From positions 59,675,977-59,739,976 of the forward strand of contig NC_068984.1 of NCBI RefSeq assembly GCF_001194135.2: a DNA stretch of 64,000 bases, read 5' to 3'. Under the pieces are notes generated by a model that was not told the DNA's origin, searched no databases, and was given only the letters and a program-made list of their open reading frames with translations. The position numbers and the translations under genes were made by a program. Of this stretch, positions 12,925 to 25,676 are shown piece after piece; position 1 is the stretch's first letter, and every line of letters starts with the position of its first letter. The DNA is from Octopus bimaculoides (taxonomy: Eukaryota).

Positions 12925-14309
12925 GATAGATATACATAGATTGGAACAAAACATATAGTTCTATTTTCAGATCTTGTAGAAATTAAAATTAATCTATCAA
13001 ACTAATTCAATGTTGCTGAGATTTCTTTGTTTTTTAAAGAAACTGAAGAATCAGTAATTTAAGCAGTCTTTATATAATCTATGTGTGTGCACATGCATAA
13101 ATGAGGGTCAACTGGTCCTCAGATGAATAATCAGCAAAACATGAAATATCCCAGGACAATCTCCTTTATTTTATTTTCAGTGTGCAAAGAGAATAACAAA
13201 ATGTATTTACACCTGTTTAAAGTTTCACAGTGAAGGCTTAAAAACTTTAGTTTCAACTATTTTATATTTATCCTAGGCTTCCTAATACATGCTGTGTTGT
13301 GCATAAATACTTATTATACAGATGATAGGTGCACAGTATGCAGATTAATCTAGCTGTTACAGGTAAGTTGTGATTTGTGTTTGATTAAAATATAGTGATT
13401 GCTATAAGTTCCCTTTGTAATTAGAAGGTTGTGTATGGGAGGAGTGCTTTATTCCATGTTTTTGTACATCAAACCTTTGAATGAGAGACTGTTTAAAGGA
13501 GACAAAAACATTGTCACTGCCCTAGCAGAACCAATGTGAAGACACATATAGAGACAAACATGCAAAGTCAATATGGATATGCTAAGTCAATATCCAATCA
13601 CAATGAAATTTAAAAACTCCAACACAACACATAATCCATATAATATAGAAGTCACACACAGAGTTTGAACTCCTAATCTTTGCCTAGATAAATAGACTAG
13701 CAAGTTAATCTCTCAGTCACTACCCCAGTTCTTGAATGAACCAAAACAGTTTAGGTATGCCTCAGATACTATAAAAATAGAATTAAGATGCTGCATTTTG
13801 AACTGTCCTGCTTAATACATTTACTGAACATTTGGAATTCTGTTTTCAAAGAAAATATTACTGCTTTATATGAGCAAGCTTTCTTTCAATATAGAAATCA
13901 CATTTATGTGTGGTAAAAATGAGGAGCTAGTACCAGACTGAGAAATCAATAATATTCTACACCTAAATAATATAGTTATTTTACTGAAGCATTAAATATG
14001 AGGGAATGTAAATAGGAGAGAGAATGTAGTGTATGTGTGTGTGTGTGTGTGTACACATATGTGAGTATGCATGTGTTCATATGTGTGGTGTGGTGTTTAT
14101 GAGGAAGGTGAAGTGTTTGCTTGGTGTACTTGTGCATGCATGTGACATGGGTTGAGTGTGTATACATAACAAGAGAGTGAAATTGGGGTAAATGGAAATA
14201 CTATAAGTATGGCTTGTGTGTGCACGTGCATGTGTGCGTATTGTGTCTTCAATATAGAAACACAGACACAGGCATTGATTTCTTACAACGGCAGCTCCAA
14301 TGAGCTTAC

Positions 14310-14371
14310 GTGGCCATTCAGCTGCTCAGGTGAACAGGAGGTCAACCACAGCAATCCAGCAATAACAGCCT
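14310..14371 (-). CDS. Candidate coding exon AVIAGLLWLTSCSPEQLNGH, unidentified
   Basis: Acceptor tgatttacag and donor GTAAGC. One frame is open (phase 1 to 0). GC-elevated unique sequence. Confidence 0.33.
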
Positions 14372-15519
14372 CTGTAAATCACTCAGGCTTTATATTAATT
14401 ACAATACATTCAAAGTACTTAATCATATCAGTAGTGACTTAGCTATATTATTGTTATCAGTATTATTGTTGTTTCTCTCATTCTTGTATGCACATGATGG
14501 TGTATAATGACTTATTTATTAGAGCTTCATTATAAGAGATTGACATAATTGTACTTGATTCTACAGCTAAGAAGATAAAAACAATCTACTAATAATCAGT
14601 ATAAACTGAAAGGCAAATTGGATTTATATGACTTAATTCTAAAACAGATAGAAAGTCAGTGCGAAAATTCATAAGAATATATCAGTTACTGTTGTTGTTT
14701 AGTCCCAAGTCAATGTGGTCTAGTGGACCTATAATCAAAGGTGAAAGCATGGCAGTGTGGGAGCGCAAGAGTGGTTGTCTTCTTATATTCATTTCTCAAT
14801 CCTCTAGTTTGTACTTTGACCTATTATGAAGTACCACCTACTAAAGCTTTGTGAGTAGAATTACATACATGGAAACCATTCAGAAGCCAGCTGAGTGTGT
14901 AAGTGTGTATGTGTGAGGATGGATAGACAGAGACAAAGATAAATAAAAGCAATATAAGAGAATTGGAATACAGAATCTAACATATCATTTATAGCAGTAA
15001 AGATATATATTCACACAGTAAATACTTCAAATGAATGTGCAAACAAATGAACATAGACATTTAAATTTGCATGTTGAAACATGCATACAGGCATCATACC
15101 AGAACAGACTTAGCAACTGATATGGACATACAACCAATAATTAAACAGAAAGAGAAATGGATTACTTAACATTATTTTAACAAGCAACAACAGAATGTGA
15201 ATGTAAAGTCAATACATGGAAAGCTGTGGAAGGGTGAAACTATTAGTAGTAATGTTTTTGAAAGAGTATCCAGGTGTGTGTGTGTGTGTGTGTGTGCGTG
15301 TGTGTGTGTGTGTGTGTGCATCTTTTGCCAATTTATGTCAATAGAGAATGCAAACAACATTAGGTAGAAATTTTTTAAAATCAGTATAAATTTATTAATG
15401 TATTGATTTCACACCAAGTTGTAGAGACTACCCAATCAGTCTAACTATAAGAGATACTGTGATGTAGTAATTGTCTCATAGCAGGTATGTAACCAATGAT
15501 GCTATTATTTACCAAATGC

Positions 15520-15685
15520 ACTCTCTGAGTGGTTGGCGTTAGGAAGGGCATCCAGCTGTAGAAACTCTGCCAAATTAGATTGGAGCCTGGTGTAGCCATC
15601 CGGTTGCACCAGTCCTCAGTCAAATCGTCCAACCCATGCTCGCATGGAAAGCGGACGTTAAACAATGATGATGATGATGATGATA
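15520..15685 (+). mobile_element. Family C 3' end with (GAT)n tail
   Basis: GAGTGGTTGGCGTTAGGAAGGGCATCCAGCTGTAGAAACTCTGCC...GGACGTTAAACAATGATGATGATG. Confidence 0.85.
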
Positions 15686-16223
15686 AAGGCATTCAATCAA
15701 TGTGCTCCTATCTGTCTATGACAACTTTATTCAATGTATCCCTTACTTTTTTAAATAGTAAGTTTTGATTTGAAAGAGATTCAGAATCCAGTGTTGTTTG
15801 CTAACTGATGAGGCATCAAATCGCAATGGAAGAGATGAAGAGAAGCTTTGTAGCAGAATGCCTGCAAGTGTGGAATTGAAAGAAAATTAAGAAAAATATT
15901 AATCATAATGAACAGAAAATTCTCCTAACAGCACACACACACTGTTAGACTGTGCTTTGTATACATGACAAATAATGAATTACAGAAGAGCTCAGTCACT
16001 ATAATGCACTGAACTCGATAATCTACACATGTAGATGCAAAGTAATGTACATGGCTTCTATCCATTGTGATAAAGCCTATAGTATATTTCTATGGATCTT
16101 TCCTTGAAGAAATGGTGCATACATACACTGTATAAGTGCAGTGATATATACATTACTGAAGCATACTTGGGAACTGACATATTGAAATAATAGCAATATT
16201 ATTTCCATGCCATTCTTCTTCAT

Positions 16224-16270
<47 letters not shown>

Positions 16271-16431
16271 AAGGTGAGGCTTCGCCTTGTTACAATTCTG
16301 AGTTTCTTGTTACTAAGATCTTAGTCTTGAATTAAAAAAAATAAAACTATATTACATATCATGACTAAATTTTTCTCTTGTTTCAATATGAAATGTGTGT
16401 ATTATAAACATAAAGACACACACAAACACAA

Positions 16432-16591
16432 TGGGCTTCTTTCAGTTTCTGTTTACCAAATTCACTCACAAGGCTTTGGTCAGCCCAAACCAACAGAAGA
16501 CACTTGCTCAAAGTGCTGCACAGTGAGACTGAACCCCAAACCCCATGGATTGGGAAGTAGGTTTCTTAACCACAAAGTCACATCTGCACCT
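16432..16591 (-). mobile_element. Family A SINE 5' half, head-to-head with the copy at 16620
   Basis: Reverse complement of the family A head: CTTCTTTCAGTTTC...GAAGACACTTGC...TTCTTAACCACAAAGTCACATCTGCACC. Confidence 0.82.
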
Positions 16592-16619
16592 TATATATAC
16601 ATATATATATATATATATA

Positions 16620-16780
16620 GGCGCAGAAGTGGCTGTGTGGTTAAGTAGCTTGCTTACCAACCATGTGGTTCCGGGTTGTCCTTGGGCAAATGTCTTCTAC
16701 TATAGCCTCAGGCTGACCATAGCCTTGTGAGTGGATTTGGTAGATGGAAACTGAAAGAAGCTTGTTGTATATATATAAAT

Positions 16781-16819
<39 letters not shown>

Positions 16820-17075
16820 CACACACATATATATATATATATACACACACATATATATAAATGTATGTATATGTTTGTGTGTCTGTGTTTGTACCCACAC
16901 CATCACTTGATAACTGATGTTGGTGTGTTTACATCCCTATAACTTAGTGGTTCGGCAAAATTAACTGATAGAATAAGTACTAGGCTTACAAAGAATAAAT
17001 CTTGGGAGTCGATTTGTTCAACTAAAGGTAGTGCTCCAGCATGACTGTAGTCAAATGACTGAAACAAATAAAAGA
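16620..17075 (+). mobile_element. tRNA-derived SINE with a central (TA/CA/TG)n microsatellite (family A here), near full length
   Basis: Head GGCGCAGAAGTGGCTGTGTGGTTAAGTAGCTTGCTTACCAACCATGTGGTTCCGGGTT; body ends GGAAACTGAAAGAAGC; then microsatellite; 3' half ends ATGACTGAAACAAATAAAAGA. Confidence 0.88.
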
Positions 17076-17419
17076 ATATATATGATGTATGCAATGCTAC
17101 AAAAAGAACAGACCTCACTATGGGTGTTGAGGCATGCATCTGTTGCTGTGCAACTGGTTAACCAAAATAGCTTTTGAAGTAATTTACCGAAGCACACAAT
17201 TTTTTTACTTAACAATCTAGTCAATAAGGTAGACAATTTAGTTTCCTGTCAAATCCCATGAGGATCACAGACAATTTAGCAGTTATTTTATCCACCATCT
17301 AGGTTACTACAATTTGCCTCTAACATTGTTTCAGTACCACACTGAACGTATTCTATAATTTAGAACTCTGACAAAATATGAACAGTGATTAGCTATAATG
17401 TAAATGGTTAAGATTTGTA

Positions 17420-17461
<42 letters not shown>

Positions 17462-17796
17462 CATACATACACACACACACATATATATATATATATATTG
17501 TTGGAGGAATGGTTACATGTTTAAGAAGCTTGCTTTGCAGTTGTGCTTTTGTCTTCAGTCTTACTGCATGGCACCAAGAGTAAATACCTGCTACTTAATG
17601 TCTTGTGAGTGAATTTGATAGATAGAAACTAAGTAAGCTTGTTATAAAGATTTCTACAATAAAAATAAAATACCATACTTGAAGAACAGATAAGGGTTGG
17701 TAGCAAGAAAAGCATCCAATTACTTCCCATCCAACCCATGCTAGCTTAGAAAAACAGTGTTAAATGACCAAATAATATATATATGTGTGATTGTAT

Positions 17797-18325
17797 AGCA
17801 AAGTGGCTGAGTTCCTTTCGAGTGTTGGGCCTCAAGGAGGCGATGTGGCTGAATTCCTTTCAAGTGGGCTTCACTGAGGTGAGGTGGCTCAGTTCCTTTC
17901 AAGCATTGGGCCTCATGAAAGCAGAGTGGCCAAGCTCCTGGGCCACATGGAGGAAAACTGGCTGAGATCCTTTTGAGTATTTGGCCTCATGGAGGCAAAG
18001 TGGCCAAGCACCTTTCAAGTGTTTGGCTTTAAGGAGGCAATGACTGAGACCTTTGACATTATGTAGTGCTTGAGGAGAAGACCCATCATGTCAAGCAAAA
18101 TCACACTCATGGCAGATACCAGTGTCATGCAAATGGCACCTGTGCAGGTGGCATGTAAAAGCACCCATTACAATCTCAGAGTGGTTGGCGTTAGGAAGGG
18201 CATCCAGCCAAAGAAAACTATGCTAAATCAGACTGGATCCTGGCACAGCCTTCCAGCATGCCAGCCCAGTCAAACCATCCAACCCATGCCAGCATGGACA
18301 ATGGATGCTAAATGATGATGATGAT
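17797..18325 (+). mobile_element. SINE-like family C with an internal ~42-bp tandem array and a (GAT)n tail
   Basis: About 6 units of GAGGCAAAGTGGCTGAGTTCCTTTCGAGTGTTGGGCCTCA(A/T)G at 17797-18055, then GAGTGGTTGGCGTTAGGAAGGGCATCCAGC...CCAACCCATGCCAGCATGG...TAAATGATGATGATGAT. Confidence 0.82.
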
Positions 18326-18377
18326 ATCTATCTATCTGTCTATCAATATAAATATATACACACCCACAAACACACAC

Positions 18378-19690
18378 GTCATACGAAGGTACTGTGAATA
18401 AAGAGAGTGACCTGAGAATATTATGCTAGACTTAGAAAAATATGGCAGTTGGAAGTCTCCTCTAACAACAAGACAATATCCCACAATGCATTTGCTATAC
18501 CAGTGCTGATTCCAATATTTGGGATACTCGACTGGCCTGTAGAAGAAATCCACTCCATAGATGTTAAAACCTGCAAAATACTGACATCAACTGAAAATCT
18601 CCACAAAAATAGTGACATTGACAGGCTCTGCCTAAGGAGAGATAAAAGAGGTAGAGGCTTGAGAACGGTGCAGACAACCTTCCAGTGTCATATAGTCTCT
18701 CTCAGACAGCACTTGTTAAACAATAGCAGCAAAAATAAATGCATTAACTTAATGCTGAAAAGTGAAGAGAACAATGTCTGAGCTCCTCAGGAAGCACTCT
18801 CTTCCTGATCTTCTTGATGACCTCCCATACGACCTCAAAATAACTGGACTGACATACCTCAAAGAAGACCTGAATGTGAAATGCTCAGCATACCAAAAAA
18901 AGAGCATGCATGGGTATGTTTCCCAAAGACTTAAAGAAGACAGTAATATTAACATGAAGCGAAACCTGTCTTGGACTTGTGACAGTTATATCATATCGCA
19001 CTTCAAAGGCTATGCATCTGCAAGCCAAGAACTGGAGATTGCTGCTAAATACCTAATAAACAAAAGAAAGTGAAACCCTTGGAATTCCAAGATACAACCA
19101 AAAATGTAGATTATGTCATATTTTTGTAGAAGACATCATACATGTGATTAGCAACTGCCCAAAAAATGTCATCAAGGTACTACCTCCTTACACAACACAA
19201 CACTGTCACAAAAATAATATACAATGCCATTCAGAAAAAAGACTGTTGTGGAATAAATATAGAGGATCCTCCTGTTATTGAATATGTACACAAACATCAA
19301 CACAAGAAATACTGGTGGAACATTCCCATCACATCTGTCAAATATAAGCATAATAGACCAGATATTGTTTGGGACAGACAATGAAAAGTGTATACCATCA
19401 TAGAAGTTAGCTGTCCTGCTTGAGGTGAATATCTCTTTGAAGATCAAAGAGAAGGAGGATAACTATGGACAACTGTTTTAAAACCTCTAACTCCTATATA
19501 CAGATTACAAATTTATATTTATACCAATAAATAATTGGTGCACTTGGTTTTGTGGGTAAATGCATAAAAGACAGTCTGGATAAGCTTGGATTTCCAGAAA
19601 AAGAAATCAACCAGCTTGCACATTACAAATATATAAGTGAAACAGTAAAAGTATGCAAGACTTTTCTCAAGCTTAAAATGTGGCATTGTT
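18378..19690 (+). mobile_element. 5'-truncated, decayed R4/Dong-type non-LTR retrotransposon (RT thumb, CCHC knuckle, restriction-like endonuclease)
   Basis: EYYARLRKIWQ...HNAFAIPVLIPIFGILDW...SDIDRLCLRRDKRGRGL; CRLCHIFVEDIIHVISNC (C-x2-C-x8-H-x4-C, 19105-19158); HNRPDIV (~19350-19370) followed by IIEVSCPA...KIKEKEDNYG; IGALG...KVCKTFLKL. Many stops and frameshifts. Confidence 0.88.
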
Positions 19691-20777
19691 TTTGCTTTCA
19701 ACATTCCAATGATGGAGCTTTGTATCTATGTAGAAACCAGCTACTTCTTCAGAGGAAGAATTTAAATACTTAAAAACAGAAGAAAATGAATGTCTGAATA
19801 AACAAATGTATGTACATACATATTTGTGTTATCATTGATTGATTTTTATTGCGTAGTTAATAATTGTTCAAGTGCTAAGCTGTTAGGCTTATACATTTGA
19901 TATTTGTATATTAATCCTGTAAACTGAAGCACAAGGCCAACTTTTTAAGAAAACAGGAGTGGGGGAAGTTAGGATATAGAAAATATAGTTGAAATTGGAG
20001 CTCCTATCAAAAGCATGGTACTCTAAACTGGTGTACTATTCTTTGTAGAAGCTCTTTATTCCTTAAGTATTTGTCCATACAACAACAGAGCAAAATTTCT
20101 AGTAAAATTACTGAGCAGTTTTAGAATCATAAGTATTTAAGCTCTGATCTGTCAATTTATTTTTTACCCAAGTACAGTGTTTAATCTTCAACTAATGTTC
20201 ACATTTCCATGCTTGCATGGATCAGACAAGAATTTGCTGAGGTAGATTTTCTACATCTGGATGTCCTTGTGTTGCCACCCCTCACCTTTTTCTGACTAAA
20301 GTAATATTTTCCCATAACTAGACATATCTTTCATGGTAGACTGGAAATGAACAACTTTGCTTGTATCATGATAATGTGCATTTATGACCATCATCTGATG
20401 ACTAGATGAGGGTGTGCGCGCACACACACACACAAGGGTCTTCTTTCAGTTTCTGTCAGCCAAATCCACTCATAAGGCCTTGGTTGGCTTGGGGCTGCAG
20501 TAGAAGACATTGCAGGTGTCACAAAATGAGACCCAGTGCAACATAGTTGCTAAATAAGCTTCTTAACCACAAAGCTGTACCTACACCTATATCTAAAACT
20601 ATAGAATGCAGTGTGTGTATGCTTCCTTCTTTTGTAAGATAGGTTATCTCTTGAAAGAAATTTAGTTGCTATTTCTAGCAGTCAAAGAAGCTTCCTTGTT
20701 GAACTTCTGTGAAAAGGGAGGATGTAATGTTGCTAATAATATTTGGATTTTTTTTTTGTCCTTTATTTATCATGAAA

Positions 20778-20893
20778 CTATGTGGCCTAGTGGTTAGGGT
20801 GTTGTACTCACGATTGCCAGATTATGGGTTCGATTCCTGGACCAAGTGGTGTGTTATGTTTTCAAGCAAAATACTTAATTTTACGTTGCTCTA
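20778..20893 (+). mobile_element. Decayed tRNA-like SINE head related to family E
   Basis: TGTGGCCTAGTGGTTAGGGTGTTGTACTCACGATTGCCAGATTATGGGTTCGATTCCTGG shows A/B-box spacing but no intact cloverleaf. Confidence 0.55.
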
Positions 20894-23800
20894 GTGCTGT
20901 GTGGGGACCAGCATGTCAAAGATATATAAATCGAGTGTTTCCTCTACATTTCTTAAAAGGCAACTAAAACAGGTTGAGGTACAATTTGCACTCCAACCTT
21001 ATAAAACCTTCACCAGTAATGACTATCAAAAACAGCCCTAGGTTGGAGGGCTGTTGCCTGAGTGGTGCAAAGGTGTCATCACATTTTTTATAACATGTTT
21101 CATACTTAGAAAATCAATTCAATCTTTTCATGACCATATTTTTGACAAAATGCATTGCCTATGTTTTAGTTAACGTCTTAAATTATCAAGAATTTGGGGA
21201 GATTTAGTGAAATTTAAACTGTTAGAAATGCATCTGAACTGGTATATTTAGTTTGTTTCTGGAACAGTTCTAACATAAAATTATGATGGAAGGGTTTCAA
21301 TTCAAATACAAAGGCATTAAAAGAGGTGGTTTTGTATCTGAACCATAGGTGGCCAGGGGCAGATTGGTGTCAAAAAGGGATTTTATCTAAATATAATACT
21401 TTTGTAAACTCACAAATATTTTACAAATCAAGTCCTGGTTTTAGTTCTTTGATGAAAAAAAGTTTAAAATTAAAAGTGGGTAGATGAAGATCATAATTTT
21501 TAATTGCACGGTATATATATGAAATTAGTATTGTAGACAGGACAGGTATTAATTATTTGGATAACAAATGCAAGAAGGGAAGAAAAGATTATCTTATGAA
21601 AGAGGTTATTAGTTTCATTTAACTAACTATAATCAGTAGTTTTTTTTTAAAATAAATAGGTTAATTACTAACAAAAACAAGCAGCTAAATAAGACAGAGA
21701 AAAAAATAATTTAAAAATCATGTGCACTTTTCTAGCAGACCAACATCCAAAATAATCATTTGGTTAAAGTAGAGAGGTTTCAAATTAAATGAAAGCTTAT
21801 GACAAATTAAATAAAAACTTTCATCTATAGATAATAGACAGGCCAAAATTATATTTCTAGTACTAACATTGTTCTGAAAACATCAGAAATATAAATACTG
21901 CAATAATAATGAACATTATCAAAAAGTGTTATTCTGGCTATAACAATAGTTGTTGTAAAAATAACAAGGATTTTTTGCATGAAACCATGCACCTGTAGGA
22001 GAGGAGTGCATAGGTAATTGAATCAATCTGAACGTGTACCTGTTGTATATTTTATCACTCCAGAAAAGATGAAAGCTAAAGGCAACTCCAATGAGATTTG
22101 AACTCAGGATATAGAGGACTGAAGCTAAAAATGGAAAGACATATTGGATAATGTAATCTTACATCTTGTCTGAAAGAAGGAAAGAAAGACAGGATGTTTA
22201 CAGTTGAATATCTTTGATCATAGCTTTGCATGATCATAGCTACTTTTGAGCTGAACAATTGCATCAATGCCATTGAAATAATCCAATGAGGGAGCCCCTG
22301 TGTTGTTGCACTATCTGTTAGAAGGAGCAGTAAAGTCTCACTCGAATCAGAGTGTTCTAAGAAGAACACATTGGTTAATGTAGTTCTATGTACACTATAC
22401 CTGATTAAAGCAAGATGAAATGGCTAACAGCTGGAACTGAACTGACCTTCAGCATTTCATAGATTTGAACAAACATTATAACAACTAAGCTGTAGCAAAA
22501 AATAATAATTTAACAAATTGATAAATGTTATTAATTTAATTAATATGTTAATAAAAACTGTTAATCCATTATTACAATGCAAACAATTTTTACTAATTAA
22601 TGTTAGTCGTGATGTAATATAAAAGAAAATAAATCTAATTGCTGGCGCAGACTCTATGTGTCTACTCCAATAATTAATAGTGTTAAAAGTAGTTCTTAAT
22701 TAAACACAGAACAATCTCAACCATCAATTTTAGAAGACATAATCTGCAAGTAAAATAATTTTATGAACATCCATCTACTATACTAATATACTGAAGGATG
22801 GATATGCATTAATTGCAAATCATCTTTTTATAGTAAAGGCTATTTGCCAACATAATGTGGCTGTCCTGGAAGGGACGATGTTACTGTTGTTTAGCCTCAG
22901 GAAACATCATTTCCAGCTGGCTATACAACACAATATCTGTGTCCTTATACTTTCGAACAGGGAGTTCAGCACTTCCATCCAGCACAAAACAACATCTGTG
23001 GACTGGTTTCTGGGTTACTGTCCTTTATTAATACAGAGAAGCTGTTTGGCTAGGTGGCATTGTTGAATTCACCATTCGAATATATAGTTTTCAAAGTGAC
23101 ACGCAGTCACTGATTTAATAATATAGAAATATTATTATTTCTAAATCTCTCAAAGAGAGATATTCAGTAACAGTTCTTTAAAGTAAAAGCTATTTGCCAA
23201 CAATGTGGCTGTCAAAAAAAAAAGAAAGAAAAAAACCATACTTATTGTATAGCAAATATTCTGGTCCAGTGGTTTAGATATTTAATGATCTTTTTCTTGA
23301 AACTGTAGCCAGAATTGCTGAAGTTTCAATTTCAGTAGTATTGATAGTAAAACTAATCCTTTTACACACGCACACACACACACACATATATATATACAGC
23401 AACCATACTGAGTGCAAGTCTTTTGCATAGCAAATATTTTGGTCCAGGGGTTGTAGATATCTGGTGATATTTTTCTTGAAACCATAGATAGAATTGCTGA
23501 GGCTTCAGTTCCAGTAGATATTAGTGACTGACAGCTTTTAAGACATATGTTGATACCTATTTTGTGCATAGATCAAATATACCAAGTAACAAACATGGCT
23601 TATTGTGTTTTTCCATAGAAAATTGTATAATTGTAGTTCTCTACAAAGTTGATGCATACAGTAGAGAGAGAATAATTCAGAGACTTATGTCAACAGAACC
23701 ACTGTTCTTACAACTGAATAATATCTGTCCATCCTGCTTGAGTAGGGATAGAGTACAAAGATAAGCTGATCAAAGAATTGGCAAGTACAAGTCTATGCTT

Positions 23801-24782
23801 TATCGGGGAGATAAAATAAGTCAGAAACATATCCAGATTTGTCTCCTGTACTTGCCAAAAAGACTTATAATACTAGTCAATAGCTATTGTTTATTTTTTC
23901 TTGTTAATTTTATAATGTTCTTTGCATTAAATATGTTAACACTAATTCAGTCATTTAATTAGTTTGATTAGTATCTGTAACCATCATAACTTTATAGTAG
24001 GCAGGCATACTGTTATAAGAGTGAGATGTTAAAAGAGATGCTTTGCACTTTAAAGATGCCAAGGAATTTCAGAAGAGATATTTCATTGTTGTATTGAACA
24101 AGTTTAGTTGTTCTATTGTATGGTTATATTATATTCTCAGAAGTATTTCATACAGACTGTAGCCATTTCTGATTTTTCACATACCTCTAATGATCCACCT
24201 GACAATTGATAATCTCAGGTTTCTGAAAGATTAATCAAATTAAAAGGAAATCTTCCCCTGTATACAATGCCAATTTATTGCAGGAAACTTTAATCTTCAA
24301 AGGAACTGAACTCTGAACTGTAAACTAACAAGTCACATGTTGGTTTTACAGTGCAGCTGTTACATTAACTAACTATATTATCTTGTGGTACCTACTTAGA
24401 AGTAGGTGGAGCTAGTTGGCTGTTGAGTGCTACATGTCTGAGCCAGGGACACAACACAGTATTAGTGACAAAATACAAACAGCCAACATCTTAGTTTATC
24501 CAGTGCTCTGTTGATTATCTACCTGTCATTAGCAGTGATAAGAAACTCAAAGCTATCTATTCCAGATCTTGATGTATCTCTTCTACCAGATGAAAGCAAG
24601 TACCTCTTATGCAGAGTATCAGACTTTTCTGTTTACAAATGCTAGCAAGGTCAACTTAGCCTTTATTCTTCTTTCTTCATTCTATGAGAATTCAGTAACT
24701 ACAGGTCATAAATTAATAAATTATATCACTTCATTTTAAAAAGGAATGCTGAGAGACATAAAATATAATTTATATATATATA

Positions 24783-25221
<439 letters not shown>

Positions 25222-25222
<1 letters not shown>

Positions 25223-25625
25223 CATTGGCTGCGTGGTAAGAATGTTGCTTCCCAACCATATGGTTCGTGATTTAGTCACACTGAATGGCACCATGGGCAA
25301 GCATCTTCTATTATACCCTTGAGTCAACCAAAGCCCTGTGAGTGAAACTGAAAGTCTGTCTGTCATATGTATATACATACATGCATGCATCACATATATA
25401 TCGATGCGTGTGTCTTTGTGTATGTGTGTTGTCCCCCACTACTGCTCGACAACCAGTGTTGGTTTTTGTTTATGTTTCTGTAACTTAGCAGTTCAGCAAA
25501 AGAAACTGATAAAATAGGTACCAGGCTTAAAAAAATAAGTGCTAGGGTTGATTTGTTCAATTAAACCTTCAAGGTGGTGTCCCAACACAGCCACAGCCCA
25601 ATGACTGAAACAAGTAAAAAGGAAA

Positions 25626-25630
<5 letters not shown>
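25222..25630 (+). mobile_element. Family A SINE
   Basis: TGGCTGCGTGGTAAGAATGTTGCTTCCCAACCATATGG ... ATGACTGAAACAAGTAAAAAGGAAAAG. Confidence 0.8.

Positions 25631-25676
<46 letters not shown>

Noticed and set aside
15805-15835. CTGATGAG motif as a possible hammerhead
   Set aside because: There is no GAAA after a credible stem II and no stem I or III pairing.
17051-17236. WLTSC peptide shared with the candidate exon at 14310-14371, suggesting mutually exclusive exons
   Set aside because: Splice phases differ and the codons are unrelated (TCC versus AGT serine). Most likely coincidence.
17797-18055. Regularly spaced ~42-bp repeats that superficially resemble a CRISPR array
   Set aside because: The units are contiguous and diverged, have no unique spacers, and lie inside a eukaryotic SINE-like element with no cas genes.
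21031-21055. 9-bp GC-rich hairpin AACAGCCCT/AGGGCTGTT as a Helitron 3' end
   Set aside because: No CTRR terminus lies at the expected distance in either orientation.
23778-23858. 12-bp inverted repeat TTGGCAAGTACA as a pre-miRNA or MITE
   Set aside because: Pairing does not extend beyond 12 bp, there is no TSD, and no second copy was seen.
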